NCBI RefSeq assembly: GCF_036321535.1
Contig: NC_087438.1
Coordinates: forward strand, 12,030,001 to 12,094,000
Reading direction: 5' to 3'
DNA from: Camelus dromedarius
Lineage: Eukaryota
Length of the DNA: 64,000 bases
Made by a program: the position numbers and the translations under genes. Positions within the stretch are counted from its first letter, which is position 1. The number at the start of each line of letters is the position of its first letter. The notes under the pieces were generated by a model. The model was given only the letters and a program-made list of their open reading frames with translations, had not been told where the DNA came from and ran no database searches. Positions 51,951 through 64,000 of this stretch are shown here, piece by piece.

Positions 51951-53528
51951 AAAGCAAGCTGGCCGAACCCATCAGCGATGCAGAGAAGGGGCTCTGGACA
52001 CCAAGCGGGAGCCGGGCCCTGCAGCTTTCTAAACCCACTCTAGCGGACCCCCAGTGGGTCCAGGGCATTCCAGACTGCGTGAGTGCCCAGCCTGGGACAC
52101 AGCAAAAGCCACAAAGCCCACGGTCTCCCGCCAGGCAGGCCCCTGTGTCACCATCTCGGGCGAATCACTTCCTGGCAGTTGAACTCTTTACACGAATGGA
52201 AAGAAGGCAGCGTCCTCACGCAGCACCAGGTGCTCCGAGGAGAAAGGCCTGCTCTCCGACTGTGGGTTCAAAACTAAAGCACATCAGAGCAGCCACCTAG
52301 GCCGCAGAGCAGGGTGCCCTGGGAGGGCGGCGGTGGCATGCAGCATTCAGCTTCAGTACTGTGACCAGCAAGGAGACTAAGAAGAGGGACATTCTGGTCC
52401 AGGCCCTCATCTCCAGGGCCACTGCCACGTGGCCATACAAAGCACGGCCAGAGCCGGCCACCCTGCTCACCAAAACCAGACACCGCACACTAAGACTTCT
52501 GCCTGAATTTTTGCAGTAGCTTCATTTATCATGGCCAACCCTGAAAACAACCCGAAAAAAAACAACTGTAAACGAGTAAACCAATTGTGGTTGATCCCCA
52601 GAGCGGTGGACCAGTCAACAACAAAGAGAAACAAAGAACCGATGTGCCCAGCGGGGGTGAGTCCCAAAGCCTTACGCCGGGAAAGCAGAGCCAGGCACAG
52701 AAGACACCATGTTATACGGTCTCACTAATATGAGACTTTAAGGAAGACAAATCTAATCTATAGTGACGGGAAACACATCAAACCCGGGGCGGGGTCGGGG
52801 GCTGACAGGAAAGGGACTCAAAGAAATCTCTAGGAGTGATGGAATGTTCTAGATCTTGACTGTCTTTGTGGTTACATGGGTGTTTGCACTTGACTGCTCA
52901 CTCAAGAGTGTGTACATATTATTGACTGCAAGGAGTCAGTTCTTTAAAAACAAAAGCAAATGGGCATTTTCTGTTTCATTGGGTTCGTTCTATTTGATGA
53001 TGCGCTTAGAACTGGTGTCACTGGTTGCGTCTGGGAGGAAGCGGGCAGCCGGGGACAGGCGTGGGGCAGAGACCTCCGGACTGATTTCCTCTTTATACTT
53101 TTAAACTTTTGAACCGTGACTCGGTATCAGCCATTTGTTTTAAATAAATAAAATTCAAAATTAAGAAAAACAATTTCAAACATGTCCCTTATTGGTAAAA
53201 GGAGAGAGACCCAGCCCTAAGACTACAAGACTGTTGCCCACATCTACTCCAGGCTGTGGAAACCCTGCTTCTTGAGAAAGGCGCTCCATGGTCTATATTT
53301 TATCAAACTCCTCTGGGCTCTGAGTGAACACCGTTTTTTAAAGTATTATTATTTTAGTATTTTTCATAAAATATATCCAAGAATGTACACACATGCATAG
53401 TTTTTAAATAATTATAACTTGAACACCACATAACCACCACCACCCAAGTCAAAAAACAGAACACTGAACACCAGAAGCTTCCACGTGCCCTCTGTGATCT
53501 TCTCACTCTTCACAGAGATAACCACTCT

Positions 53529-53645
53529 TGTTCTTTTTTTTTAAACTGGGGCTCAATAATCATTTATAACTTTTCTTTAATCTTTTTTCTGTATACATAT
53601 ATATTTTTTATTGAAGTATAGTCAGTTTACAATGTTGTGTCAAAG
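53529..53645 (-). mobile_element. Very short L1 3'-end insertion with extra 3' sequence, inside an older L1
   Basis: ttgaagtatagtcagtttacaatgttgtgtcaa L1 terminus. TSD gataaccactct at 53517-53528 and 53646-53657. Confidence 0.8.
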
Positions 53646-55039
53646 GATAACCACTCTCTTGATTTTACAGATAAGAGTGTCTTTCTTATCTCCTGTCTAC
53701 AAATCCCTAATTAATACTGTTTAGTTTTGTACATTTAAAAACTTTCAAAAATCCAAATCATTCCGCATATGTTATTATGTGCTTTCTCTGCCCCAAATCA
53801 CATTTGTAAAATTCATCTGTGCTATTGCGTACAACTGTAGTTTAGTTGCATTGTTATATGTTATTTTATGATGGGGAACAAATGTACCACAATTTACTTG
53901 CCTAATAAAATATTCATGGATGTTTTTACAAAACATTTTTGGGTCCCACTGCCTATAGATAAAACAGGTCCAAATACAAAGCATGACATTCGAGGCAACC
54001 ACTGCCCCCAGATGTCCTCCAGAACACCCACCACTCTCAACTCCCCGACTTCCTGCCACCAACTCACGCGGCATTGCATCAGTTAAATACATTGGATGAA
54101 ATATGAAGTACAATTTCCTTAGGACTAGAATGCTGCTGACCATATGCTAGATCTACCCGGATCATTCCTGTCCATCAAATCTGATTCAAATGTGATCTCC
54201 CCATGAAGACCCCACAGTCTCTTCAATCCACGATGCCACCCCTCCCCCCAAACTGCAGCAAAACAAATGATTTTTTCTCTGACTTCTATCACACTTGCTC
54301 CATTCAGCCTCGAGTTATACCCATTTGTCACAGCCATGTCTCAGGTTTTGCCCTTTCAGTGCACAGCACTAAAATCTTGCAGGTAATGGGCAGGTAATAA
54401 ATAATAGAGCTTTTGAACTCAAACTCAAAATCCTGAAAACATCTGCTGGTACCAGGTACTAAATCAAGCAAAAATGGGCATTTGAAAAGTTAATTTCCAC
54501 AAAAATGAAATAACATCAAGGAAAGTGCAAACGTCGTCACTACTGCTTACAAGATTTGGGCTCCTCGTGTTTCTAACATTGATCTTTTTGTTTTTCTCAT
54601 AAACATTACAGAGCTTAAGAGTTCCTGGGACACAAAATGTTAAGAGTGTCACATAATTTAAGATCGCTTGATAAGAAGTACCCTATTTAGAGAAAAAAGT
54701 CCTTGAAAAGCATTTTAACCTCAGAAGCAACAACAGGGAGAAACTACAACATTTTAGTGAAATTAATAAATAGGTCAGAAATCCCAATTAACAAGTACTT
54801 CAAATTTAAAAAGCAGGACTATTATCTTTCTGTCAAAGAAAATACATGCATGGAATGTAGATCCTCCAAACAAGAGAAGAAATAAAACAGATTGGATTGA
54901 ATGCCTGGCCATTGTTTGCCTCCCCATCAGACTTATTTACAAAAATGGATGGAAGACATCACTCCCAAATAATATCAAATATGCCTTTCGATTATTTTAT
55001 GTAAAAATCTTCCTTTTCAAAAGATGTTGTTAAGAATAC

Positions 55040-55810
55040 ATCATACAAAAAATGCTTGCAAGTCATATTACAGAAATGAGGCTAAAGTTAATATGAAAAG
55101 AGCTCCTACATATCAATAGGAAAAAGTCCAATGGCTCAACTAAAAATACGGACCCAAATTGTTTGTAAACTGACAATGCAAAGAAAAGATAATTATAATG
55201 GCTCTTGAACATAAGGAAAAATGCTCAATCTCAGAGAAATGCAAATTAAAACCGTACTGTGATACCTTTTTCACCTGTCAGATTTGCAAATTAAAAAGTT
55301 TGATAAAGATGCTGTTGGCAAGGATATACAGAGAAACAGGCAGAGACTTAGAAGTGCACATCCTCTCTGACCCAACAATTCCACTTCTGGGAATTCATCC
55401 TACAGAACGCTGGTTCATATGCAGAATAATGCACGTTCTGGCCATTAGCTATAACACTGTAACAGCCAAAGTTGGGAAACAAACATAGTCCATCAGTAGA
55501 AGACAGGTTAATTGGTGACATCCATACAATGGAATTCTATGCAGCTGAAAAAGAATAAGGAAGTGCTCCCCAAACTACACTACGAAGAAAAACAATCCTT
55601 AGAGTATTCCACAATTTGCACAGAATAGTGTGTATTTGCTGAAATATGTACTATCTGGAAAGATACACAAGAGACTGGTAACACTGGTTGCTTTCTGGGA
55701 GGAAACTGAGACAGGCCTGGGAAAGAGATTTACAAAGTGTTTATTCTTCTGTACCTTTAAACGTTTGAACTGTGAGGCTGCTATTTTTAATAAGTAAAAT
55801 TTAAAATTAA
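55040..55810 (+). mobile_element. Old L1 (L1ME-type) ORF2 end/3' UTR
   Basis: agagaaatgcaaattaaaacc...tctgacccaacaattccacttctgggaattcatcctacaga...catccatacaatggaattctatgcagc. Confidence 0.75.
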
Positions 55811-57051
55811 GAGAATTTTAAGAACATGTCCCTCACTGGTAAATGAGGGAGACCCAGCCCTAAGACTATTGGACTGTTGCCCCATCTAACATCATATACT
55901 GTACCCTCCTTGCTTGAGTGCTCGCTGTAACTTCCTAATAGGTTAGAGAAATATGGAATAAACTCTAGAAACACTGATAGCTAAGATTCCCGAAGTAAAG
56001 TTAATTCATATTCAGGGGCCCTGATAAGAAACAGCCCATTTCAAGAGAAGACCAAGACTAGCACAGATCTGCAGAAAAACCTCCAGGTTAAAGGAGCTGA
56101 CCTAGAAAGCAGCAGGCTGTGGATGTGTCGTCAGGTTCTTTCCTAACTTTAAGGCTAAGAAATCTATGTCCTGTTAACAAGGCCTCCGTTGCTGAAGCTC
56201 TGCTTATTCGGCTGTGTGTGCGTGTCATGCTTGTTAGGAGGACACAGTTGCAAACAAAGAAGGCTTTGCTCCACCCTCCATCAGGCTGGTAACAGATGAC
56301 AGGGCACACAGCCTTCCATGAAGGCGCCAGACACTTTCTCTGACTTTAGGGGTGAAGGGCGCTTTTCGAAGAGAAAAACTTGTGGATCAGGGACTTTTCA
56401 GAGAATGTCCCTGTGTATTCTCTCTGCTCTTCACCTAAAAAGACGACTGGTTTCCACACTGTGCACACCTTGGGGGCGGGGTGATGGACAGAATCCACCT
56501 GTTTGCCTCCTGTTTTCTCATCAGGGAGTAATGACAGTAAACCCAACCCTCCAGGGAATGGAAAAACAAATCGTTCATTGCCCATCTCAGGTCGCTGATG
56601 GAGAAGGCTCAGTCTCCAGCGTGTACCTAAGCTGGTCCAGATATGCCGGCTCTGGTTGCAAGAACGCATACAAGTTCAAGTGTATTTGGTCCCGCTGATT
56701 TTGGGTGAGCGGGTCAAGACCTGAATGTTTCAGAAAGCAAAGGCCAAGTGCACTCTGGGCACACCTGTCGGCCCAGGTGCAGGCCAGTCAGCCGGTCACC
56801 TAGCCTTAGAGACGAGATACACACACACAGGATGACAAATGTTTACAGAGAAGTGCATCTGGAGGAAAGTTGAAGTGTGTGTCTACCTGTTTGAGAAAGG
56901 TGGCCGAGAAAGAGGGCCAGGGCTGAGACCTTCCTCCGCAGGGTCCGGCGTGCATCCCCCGGGCCGCCCCGGCACCCCCTCTGCCCGCCCCCGGGCGCCC
57001 CAAGGTCACCTGCCCTCCCCCCGGGCATCCCCACCCACCCCGAGCTCTCAC

Positions 57052-57217
57052 CAGAACAGCATGTTGGCCCCGACGAAGGCGAGCAGGCTGCGCAGCGGCC
57101 TCTTCCAGCTCAGGAGCTCGTCGGCGCGGCAGCCCAGCCACAGCACGGGCTCCCCCAGCAGCCAAGTCACCGCGGCGGCCACCCCGCCGGCGGCCTCGTC
57201 CACCTGCCGGCCTGCAC

Positions 57218-57248
<31 letters not shown>

Positions 57249-57374
57249 GCCTTCCTCCTGCGCTTCCTGCAGCTGCTCCTCAGAGGGAGCCCCGGGCGGC
57301 GGCGGCGCCTGCTCCGCGGCTGCGGCAGCCGGGCATCCCTGCTCGGCGTGCTCCGGGGGCGCCGGGCTCGCCAT
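57052..57374 (-). CDS. RETREG1: Reticulophagy regulator 1 (FAM134B), coding exon 1
   Basis: Translation [15 protein letters not shown]...[40 protein letters not shown] matches the FAM134B N-terminus. Strong Kozak context (gaagATGG). Exon ends TTC TG|gtgag (donor at 57051), 323 nt, phase 2. Lies in a CpG island. Confidence 0.97.
57219..57248 (-). repeat. (GCG)10 coding trinucleotide repeat, polyalanine
   Basis: Ten uninterrupted GCG codons encode EEG-A10-GAG in exon 1. Confidence 0.95.
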
Positions 57375-57515
57375 CTTCAGCGGCGCTGGCGGGCGGGGAC
57401 GGGCGCGGGGACGGGCACAGGCACGCGCGCGGGCGCGCCTGGGAGTCGGCGGCGAGAGGGCGGCGGGTCCCGGCGCGGGGCGCGCGGCGCGGGGCGCGGG
57501 CAGCCGGGTGCCTTG

Positions 57516-57523
57516 TGACGTCA
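57516..57523. promoter_or_regulatory. Palindromic CRE (CREB/ATF site)
   Basis: Perfect TGACGTCA about 140 bp upstream of the ATG, inside the CpG island. Confidence 0.7.
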
Positions 57524-57580
57524 GCCCCCGCCGCGGCGGGGCGCCTCCCGGGGGAAGTGGGTGCGGCCAGGTTCGCGCCC

Positions 57581-57604
57581 GGCGGGGCGGGGCGGGGCGG
57601 GCGG
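57581..57604. promoter_or_regulatory. Tandem GC boxes (Sp1/KLF)
   Basis: ggcggggcggggcggggcgggcgg contains overlapping GGGCGG boxes. Confidence 0.7.
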
Positions 57605-58359
57605 CCTCCCCCGCGCCGGAGAGCGGTGGCCTCGCCCGGGACCGGGGGATGCCTGACCCCCTTTCCCCTTACAGCTGCGGGGGGCGGCGCAGTAGAGGAC
57701 CGCCGCCCGCCGGCCCGGTCGCTCATCTTAAAGGGCAGAAGCACTTGGACATCCTCGCCTCTCGAGCCAGGGCCACTGATCGCCCATCCTGCGGCCTGAA
57801 AGGGCGCGGCGGGGCGCCCCTTACTGGCGGCGCGTTTCAGGCCCCGGCGACACCCCCCAGGCCCCAGGCCCTTGCAGGGACAGTCTGCACACCCACCGAA
57901 GAGGTCTTCAGTGCTCTGGGAATAATAGCGTGATGATACAATGGTTGGACTGAGAAAGGAAGACAAAAACATTTGGGGTCAATGCAGGAGCGTCTAGCTC
58001 TCTCGTTTTACACGTCAGGAAACGCCAGGCCGCAGCGAGGGGGGGCAGGCGCTTCCTCTCGCCAAGGCGTCTGGCCCCCAAGTGCGCGCTGGTTTCCCCG
58101 CAAGGGAGCGGGGAGCGGAGAAGCAGAACCCCTGCGTGTCACGCAGGTTTGACCAGCCTTGACTGCAAACACTTCAGAGTCACTGTGGTCTCCGTGTCAC
58201 AGTGGGCTTCAGGACAGGGTCAGGCGCTGTGAGGTGGGGTGACGGGAAATCCTGGGACCTGCCACACGGCTTCACTGGCCCAGGTGCTTCTGGGTGAGGG
58301 GGTGGGTCGGTGGAGAAGAGGGGCCAAAGCTATGCTCACTTTTCACTATTTGCATTTTT

Positions 58360-58420
58360 TTTGTATATATATATTTTCTACTTAAGTATAGTCAGCTTAC
58401 AGTGTTGTGTCAATTTCTGG
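58360..58420 (-). mobile_element. ~60-bp L1 3'-terminal insertion with 17-bp TSD
   Basis: aagtatagtcagcttacagtgttgtgtcaatttctgg. TSD tcactatttgcattttt at 58343-58359 and 58421-58437. Confidence 0.85.
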
Positions 58421-61039
58421 TCACTATTTGCATTTTTAAAAATATTATATTCTTTAATCCCCATTCTTACTTTTTTCTAGAATAAAATGCCCCCCCCCTT
58501 TTTTTCCCCTAGACTAAAATGTCCTTTCCCCTATCCAGAGCCTTCTACCTGTGATGAATCAGAGCATCTTGTATCCTCTTGGAGTTCACTAGGGCCAACC
58601 AACCTCCTTTTACTAGGTGGATGGGGCTCATTCCCAGAGCAATTAAAGCCAGTTACTTCCAGGGAGCCTCTGGACAATGTTCTCTAATGTTCAGCTGGGT
58701 GGTCCTTATATATGCTTATACCTTGGGGAACATATACATAGAAATTCATTGATTTGTACCTTGCAGGTGTGTGCACTTTACATGTGTTATACCTCAAGAG
58801 AGGATATTCCTGTTCCACTCAAAGGTTGCTTGAGCACCTACTGTGTGCCCCACACATTGCTAAGCTCTGTGGGTGTGGCTTCCACCCACAGGATGCTCAC
58901 AGTTCAGGGAGGGACCAGTGGTGGCTGTGATAACTACTGGGACGGAAACAGTCACTCAGAGCTAAGCTTCCTTACTTAAATCCTGCAAAATTAGGGGCGG
59001 AGTGAGGAAGTCAGGTTTCAGGGGTTTGAGGGAGTAGATGGCATCTGCACGAATTGTAAGGAGGAGGGAAGTTAAAAGGGGGTTGGGAAGAGGAGGCAAT
59101 CATTTCTGTCAGGAGGGAGATGACCACAAGGGAGCGAAGTCGTGGACTTGCAGGTGGAGGGGCACGGTATATATATTTGCAGCACATCACCCAGGCCTCG
59201 ACTGATCCTCTAGAGGCAGGAAGTTTGGTGTTTGACCTGCAGGCAATGCAGATTCTCCCATGTCTGACTTGTTTTTGAGGAGAATCATAACAGCCCGCCA
59301 CAGTGGCCAGGGAGGCAATGAAAAACCATGTGGGAAAAATGCAGGTAGTTTTCCCACAAAAGAAACACTCTTTCCCCAGGTATTCTCCCACCTTGGCCCC
59401 AGTGCAGGAGCTTCTGAAAGATAAATGATGCTTTATTGCATAATCTGGCCTTTGTTTAGCACTGGATACAGCCCAAGGGGTGTGATATTCTGAGACTGGT
59501 CATTGGACTCCACAGCTGGAGGGAAGAGTTGCAGGGCAGAGGCCATGAGGACCCTGATCACCACATTGTCCAAACCAGCATGGCTGTGCTTCCAGAAATG
59601 TGCAAGATCCTGCACGGTCCTCCTTCCCCCCAGTTCTGATTATTGTTGTCAGGATCTGTTGAAACAGCAAAAGCTGCTGACAACCAGGACACAGAAAAGC
59701 TGAATTTCAGTTGCTATGTGTGGTTCACAGTACTTATTATCTCCATTTAATGACAAAGCTCCCCACTCACAGCTCTGTGAAATCTTCCTTTCTCTCTCAA
59801 AGTTACTATGGGAAAAAAATGATACACAAGACTGTTTTGCACAAAAAGCTTGACTAATTGCTCTAGTCGGTCTTTTTCACCTCTGATCTCTAATAATTAC
59901 TAACAAATAATGTCACAGGAGTAGACGCTGGCCTAGACACATACATGGGAGCTACTGGGCGATTTTTCTTTAATTATCTCTGTGGTTCATGAATAATGTA
60001 TGCAGTGCTAAGGCTGTATGAAAATAATGCTAAGCAAGCTGAAGAGAAACCTTGTCCCCTGGTTTTCAACAACATGTCACATTTAAAACTCCCGTGGATA
60101 ATCTTACCAGTTAAGATTCTCTTCTGAACTTTGCATCTCCATATCTTGGGAACAGAGTGCTTAACACTAATGAGCTAGATGATTTGAAAATACTGATCTG
60201 AGGAACACAAGAAAACTGGAAATGTGTCAGAGGACAAAAAGAGAAAGGGAAAGAGAAAACAGTTGTCCCCGCTGAATCTAAGTGACAGTTTAGAAAAATC
60301 CCAGCCAAAGAAAGCCAAAATACACAGAGGGACTCTTAAAAGAGGCCACGCACCTTTCTCTTCTGAAAGTAGCTAGAAAGCTTGTAATAGGAGAGAAAAA
60401 CAATGAATAATTAAGCCCTACTCCAGGAGGTCACATGGGCGACACTAAGCTAAGCCTTAGAATGAGAGGGAAATGCCTATTTTTTCCCCTAAAATGTCTC
60501 ATGTTAGACTCCTGCAGGAGGTCCTGAAGGGAAGAAGCACCCGTCCACGTTGTATTGTACTCATCCTGCAGATAATCATTGTGAAAGCTCTTCCGTCCTC
60601 CTACCTTATTATACCTTCTAGTCTGTGTTCTGATTTTTTCCGAATTTTTTGGTCACTGAGCCAAGATTGCCTAGAGAGTTCACTCTAAGCGGAGAGAAAT
60701 AGGACCGTCCCACCACAACAGCAGTGACAGAAGACGTGGAGAGGAAGATGCTGGCCAGTGCCCGAGGCCCAGCTCACAGAAGGAACTGGCTGTTTCTGTT
60801 TGGGGCTGACTGTTTGTTGTGCTTATAAGAATTGGAATATCCGAACCAGAATAGTCTGTGTTTCCCAAGCCTCCTGTAAGGGAGGTGCCTACTAGAGATG
60901 AACACCCAGGTGGTGGTCAGCCACCCACAGGTTTAGGTATCAGTCTGTTAAGAATACATAAAAGAGCTTTTTTAAATCTTCAGGATGGTTCAGAGAACGG
61001 AGGTCACACCACAACAAGAGTATATCCTACCTACAGCCA

Positions 61040-61084
61040 CACACATCAACACACACAAACACACACACACACACACACACACAC
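61040..61084. repeat. (CA)n microsatellite, imperfect
   Basis: CA run with interruptions. Confidence 0.9.
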
Positions 61085-61199
61085 GTCATCAGCAAGGATG
61101 ATTTCAGGACATCAACTGCCAACGCCTTCCCACCAGGCTAGCAGCTACACTGCACTCAGCGGACTAGCCACCGTTCTGGTCCTGTCAGGGGAGGTCACC

Positions 61200-61480
61200 G
61201 AGAGGATGTGACCTCAGATTGACCTTCAGGCTGGACCAGGCAATCGGAGGAGCCCTGCCCTGCCCCCTCCCCTGTCCTTGGAATGTATCTTCCGCCCACC
61301 GTTCCCACAGTGGGAAGCTGTTCCAAAGGACACAGCCGTGAGAGAGCTGTGTGTGGATGAGACCACTGGGATGGACTATGTGACTGAACCCCGCTACTGT
61401 CTCCATATAAACTCTTTTAAGAGTCTGGCGGGCAGGCTCAGGAATCTCCTGCCTCCTCCGATGTGCCCCTGAGGAGCCTG
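61200..61480 (+). mobile_element. Possible ERV LTR fragment
   Basis: ccttggaatgtatcttccgcccacc...atgtgactgaaccc...catataaactcttttaag has LTR U3/TATA-like character. Family not assigned. Confidence 0.35.
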
Positions 61481-64000
61481 AGCTTTGGGGCCCAAGGTGG
61501 CTTTCAGCAGGAGAGTGAAGCGGCCTGGTTTGTGTTTCAGAAAGTGCCCCTGGGTAATGGATTGCACAGAGTCTGGCAGAGACCCTGGAAGAGACGTTTT
61601 CCTTGACATTCACTAAGACCGGGGAGAGGAGGAGGAGCAGGCTCGAGACATCTTTGGAAATGCCAGTTAGGCAGGTGGGCACCGGGGTCTGCAGCTCAGA
61701 CAGCAGCAAGGTTCCTGGACCAGAGCCGGATCCAGGCGGAGGAAGGGGCCTGTATGAGAACATGGCAGAGGACAAGGCCGAGTTGAGTTCAGAGGCACTG
61801 GCCAGATCATTTTGACTGCGTGGAGCAGAGAATGGGATGAGGCTTTTGGAGGAACAGATCAGACAGAGGGGAGTTTCGAGTATCACTTGCCAAGTTTAGA
61901 CATAATTCTGTAAGCAATGGAGAATTCCTGAAATTTATCAGTTTCTCTTCTATTGTTGTTTGTTTATTCATTTGTTTTATACCAAGGAGGGGATAGACTC
62001 AAAATTCCAGTCTCCTGAGGTCCCAGGAATTCCAGCTGGACTTGCATCGTTGAAGCAGGACAGTGATGTGATCATCTCTAAATCCAGGTCTCCAAATCAG
62101 GCCTTCAGTCCCGAAGGGTATTCTCTAAGCTAAAGTAAGAATTGTGGGACGCAACGGAACCACCACGAGAGTTACATCCCTCAGACACTCCTTCATAGTC
62201 TGTATTTGGCTTGTCACCTGTTACTAATTTTAGTTCATTAGAAATTAGGCACAGAATCTGGTGATTTTTTAGGCTGGGAGGGTGGCCCCTGGCCCTGCTA
62301 AGAACATGCAGCCAGGCTGTGTCACAGGCGTCCTCTTAGACCCATGCATGAATGGCATGCTCATGGGGACCCTTAAGCTTTATAAGACTCAAGTGCCTTC
62401 TGAGCCATCAAAGCCATTTGGAAATCATAGTTAACACAGTTCCCTGTACAGCACATTTGCTTGTAGGCCAATCCATTGAAAACTGATGGCTTCTCTCTAC
62501 CCACCTGTGCTCTCACTCCTGCCTCACCCCTGCCCTAACCCAGGTACCCCCCAAAATGGCTCTGAGAGCTTCCTCTGGGTGGTGAACAAGGGCCTGGCCG
62601 GGACTGAACGCCCTTCTCCTTTCTCCGAGCAGAAGATGCATTTGAACTCAGGGTCCCAGAGGCTCAGTGGCCTTCACTTCCAGCTGCCCAGTGGGCCTCA
62701 GACTCCCCAGGTGCAGCTGGATTTCCCAAACTCTCCCAGCTGCCGGGTCCAAAGTACCTACAGGCCATTTTCCCTCCCACTGATGAGGTTGTTCTTGCTC
62801 CTGCCCTCTGAGGAAGGGAGGGGGCAGAGTTGGAGGGTAAAGCCTCTTTCTCCAGGCATGTCCACCCCAGTGGGTTCCAGAGAGCACCCTGTCTCTGGCG
62901 ACAGTCTTTATGAGTTAAGCTGGTTTCTTAACCTGTACTATGTGGGACTGTCTGATTCCTCTGAAGCCCTGTTGGGGAGGACAGGTGGAGATGACAAAGA
63001 GAACCTCCCAGAACAAGAAGTCGTGTTTACAACGGCCCTGTCAACCACAGTGACCCCCAAGGCAAGAAGCGCTGGAGTAAGTTTGCTTTCCGGTCTCTCC
63101 TCCCTTCTTCCTGCCTGGAGTAACCATATGGCAGATTTGCCCACGACAGGCCTGCTCTCTGCCTGCTGTCTGGCATGGTTATTAATAGCACTTCGCTTTC
63201 TTTCTCAAGGGTGTCCGGGTTTGGATGATAAATTATATATACTCCCCTCCCATCTCCAGTCTGTCAGCAACGGCTGAGAACCTTTCCCCTCAAATGCTCC
63301 CACGCCCATTTGTTCTCTGGTCTCAGGGCCACCTTCCCTGTCCAAGTGTCATCAGTTAGTGCGTGTCTGACTCGTAACCCTGTACCGCCTTCTCTTCCAA
63401 TCCACACTGTATACGCCTCTAAAACACCGCTTTCTACGTGGAACACCCACTGAAACGCTTCCAGCGATGCCCAGTTACCTACAACCGCCAAACCAAAATC
63501 ATCGTAAGCCACCTTTTAAAGTCCTGGTTCACCTTTTCCTTTATTTCTTTTTAGGCAGATGAGCTGCTGCCTAATCTGAACACTCGGCTGTAGTCAGATT
63601 AATGAGCTCTTCACGGAGTCCACACTCCAAGCAGACCCTTGCATGCATGCCTTTGCTCCCACGGTAAAAACTTTACCTGTCTTCTCAAACGCTGGCTCTC
63701 CTATCTGCTGCTCAGCCGACTCCTTCTCCATCAACCCTTCCTCAAGTGCAGGGAGCATGGCTTTCACAGCCATGAAGATCTGAATTTGATGGTAGATCCC
63801 AGTGTCCAGGCACTAACCACTGTGTTTCGTTGATCCTAAGACACACATGGGTTTTTTTTCCCCCAACATTTTAACATACCTGGGAATGAAATGTACCTTG
63901 AAATCTATGGCATCTTAAAGTCAATAGAATATAGTAGCTCTCTGGCTTTGTGTTATAACAGAGACTCTCTGAGACCTTGTTTCCTCACCTTTTAAAACAG

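Larger units (their letters stand above)
56930..57900. promoter_or_regulatory. CpG island / RETREG1 promoter and 5' UTR
   Basis: Very GC- and CpG-rich stretch spanning exon 1 and upstream, in contrast to CpG-depleted flanks. No TATA box seen. Confidence 0.92.

Noticed and set aside
57048..57374. 108-aa single-exon ORF as a complete protein
   Set aside because: The stop codon lies within the gtgag splice donor. The frame continues into exon 2.
56839..57933. 364-aa plus-strand ORF, and the 230-aa minus ORF at 57280-57972, over the CpG island
   Set aside because: Low-complexity Ala/Gly/Pro/Arg translations expected from stop-poor GC-rich DNA. They overlap the real exon 1 antisense or out of frame and have no recognisable domain.

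Overview
Mammalian genomic DNA, almost certainly camelid (three Vic-1-type tRNA-derived SINEs). The window holds the 5' half of RETREG1/FAM134B, the ER-phagy receptor, on the minus strand: a CpG-island promoter and coding exon 1 (57052-57374), exon 2 (19717-19823) and the 31-nt exon 3 (13219-13249). All junctions are GT-AG and in frame, and exon 4 onward lies outside the window toward lower coordinates. The rest is intron plus about 6.5 kb upstream, filled with L1, L2, MIR, MaLR/ERV LTR and hAT relics. The most striking unexplained structure is a 146-bp, 142/146-identical inverted repeat with a 45-nt spacer in intron 1 (36133-36469). It does not resemble any repeat I recognise, and all four arm differences are CpG transitions. 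Also notable: a pure (GCG)10 polyalanine tract in exon 1, a twin-primed inverted L1 insertion, a probable L1 3' transduction, an old local duplication and two same-orientation CTCF motifs. Repeat family names come from recalled consensus similarity, not a database search, and boundaries without a TSD are approximate.
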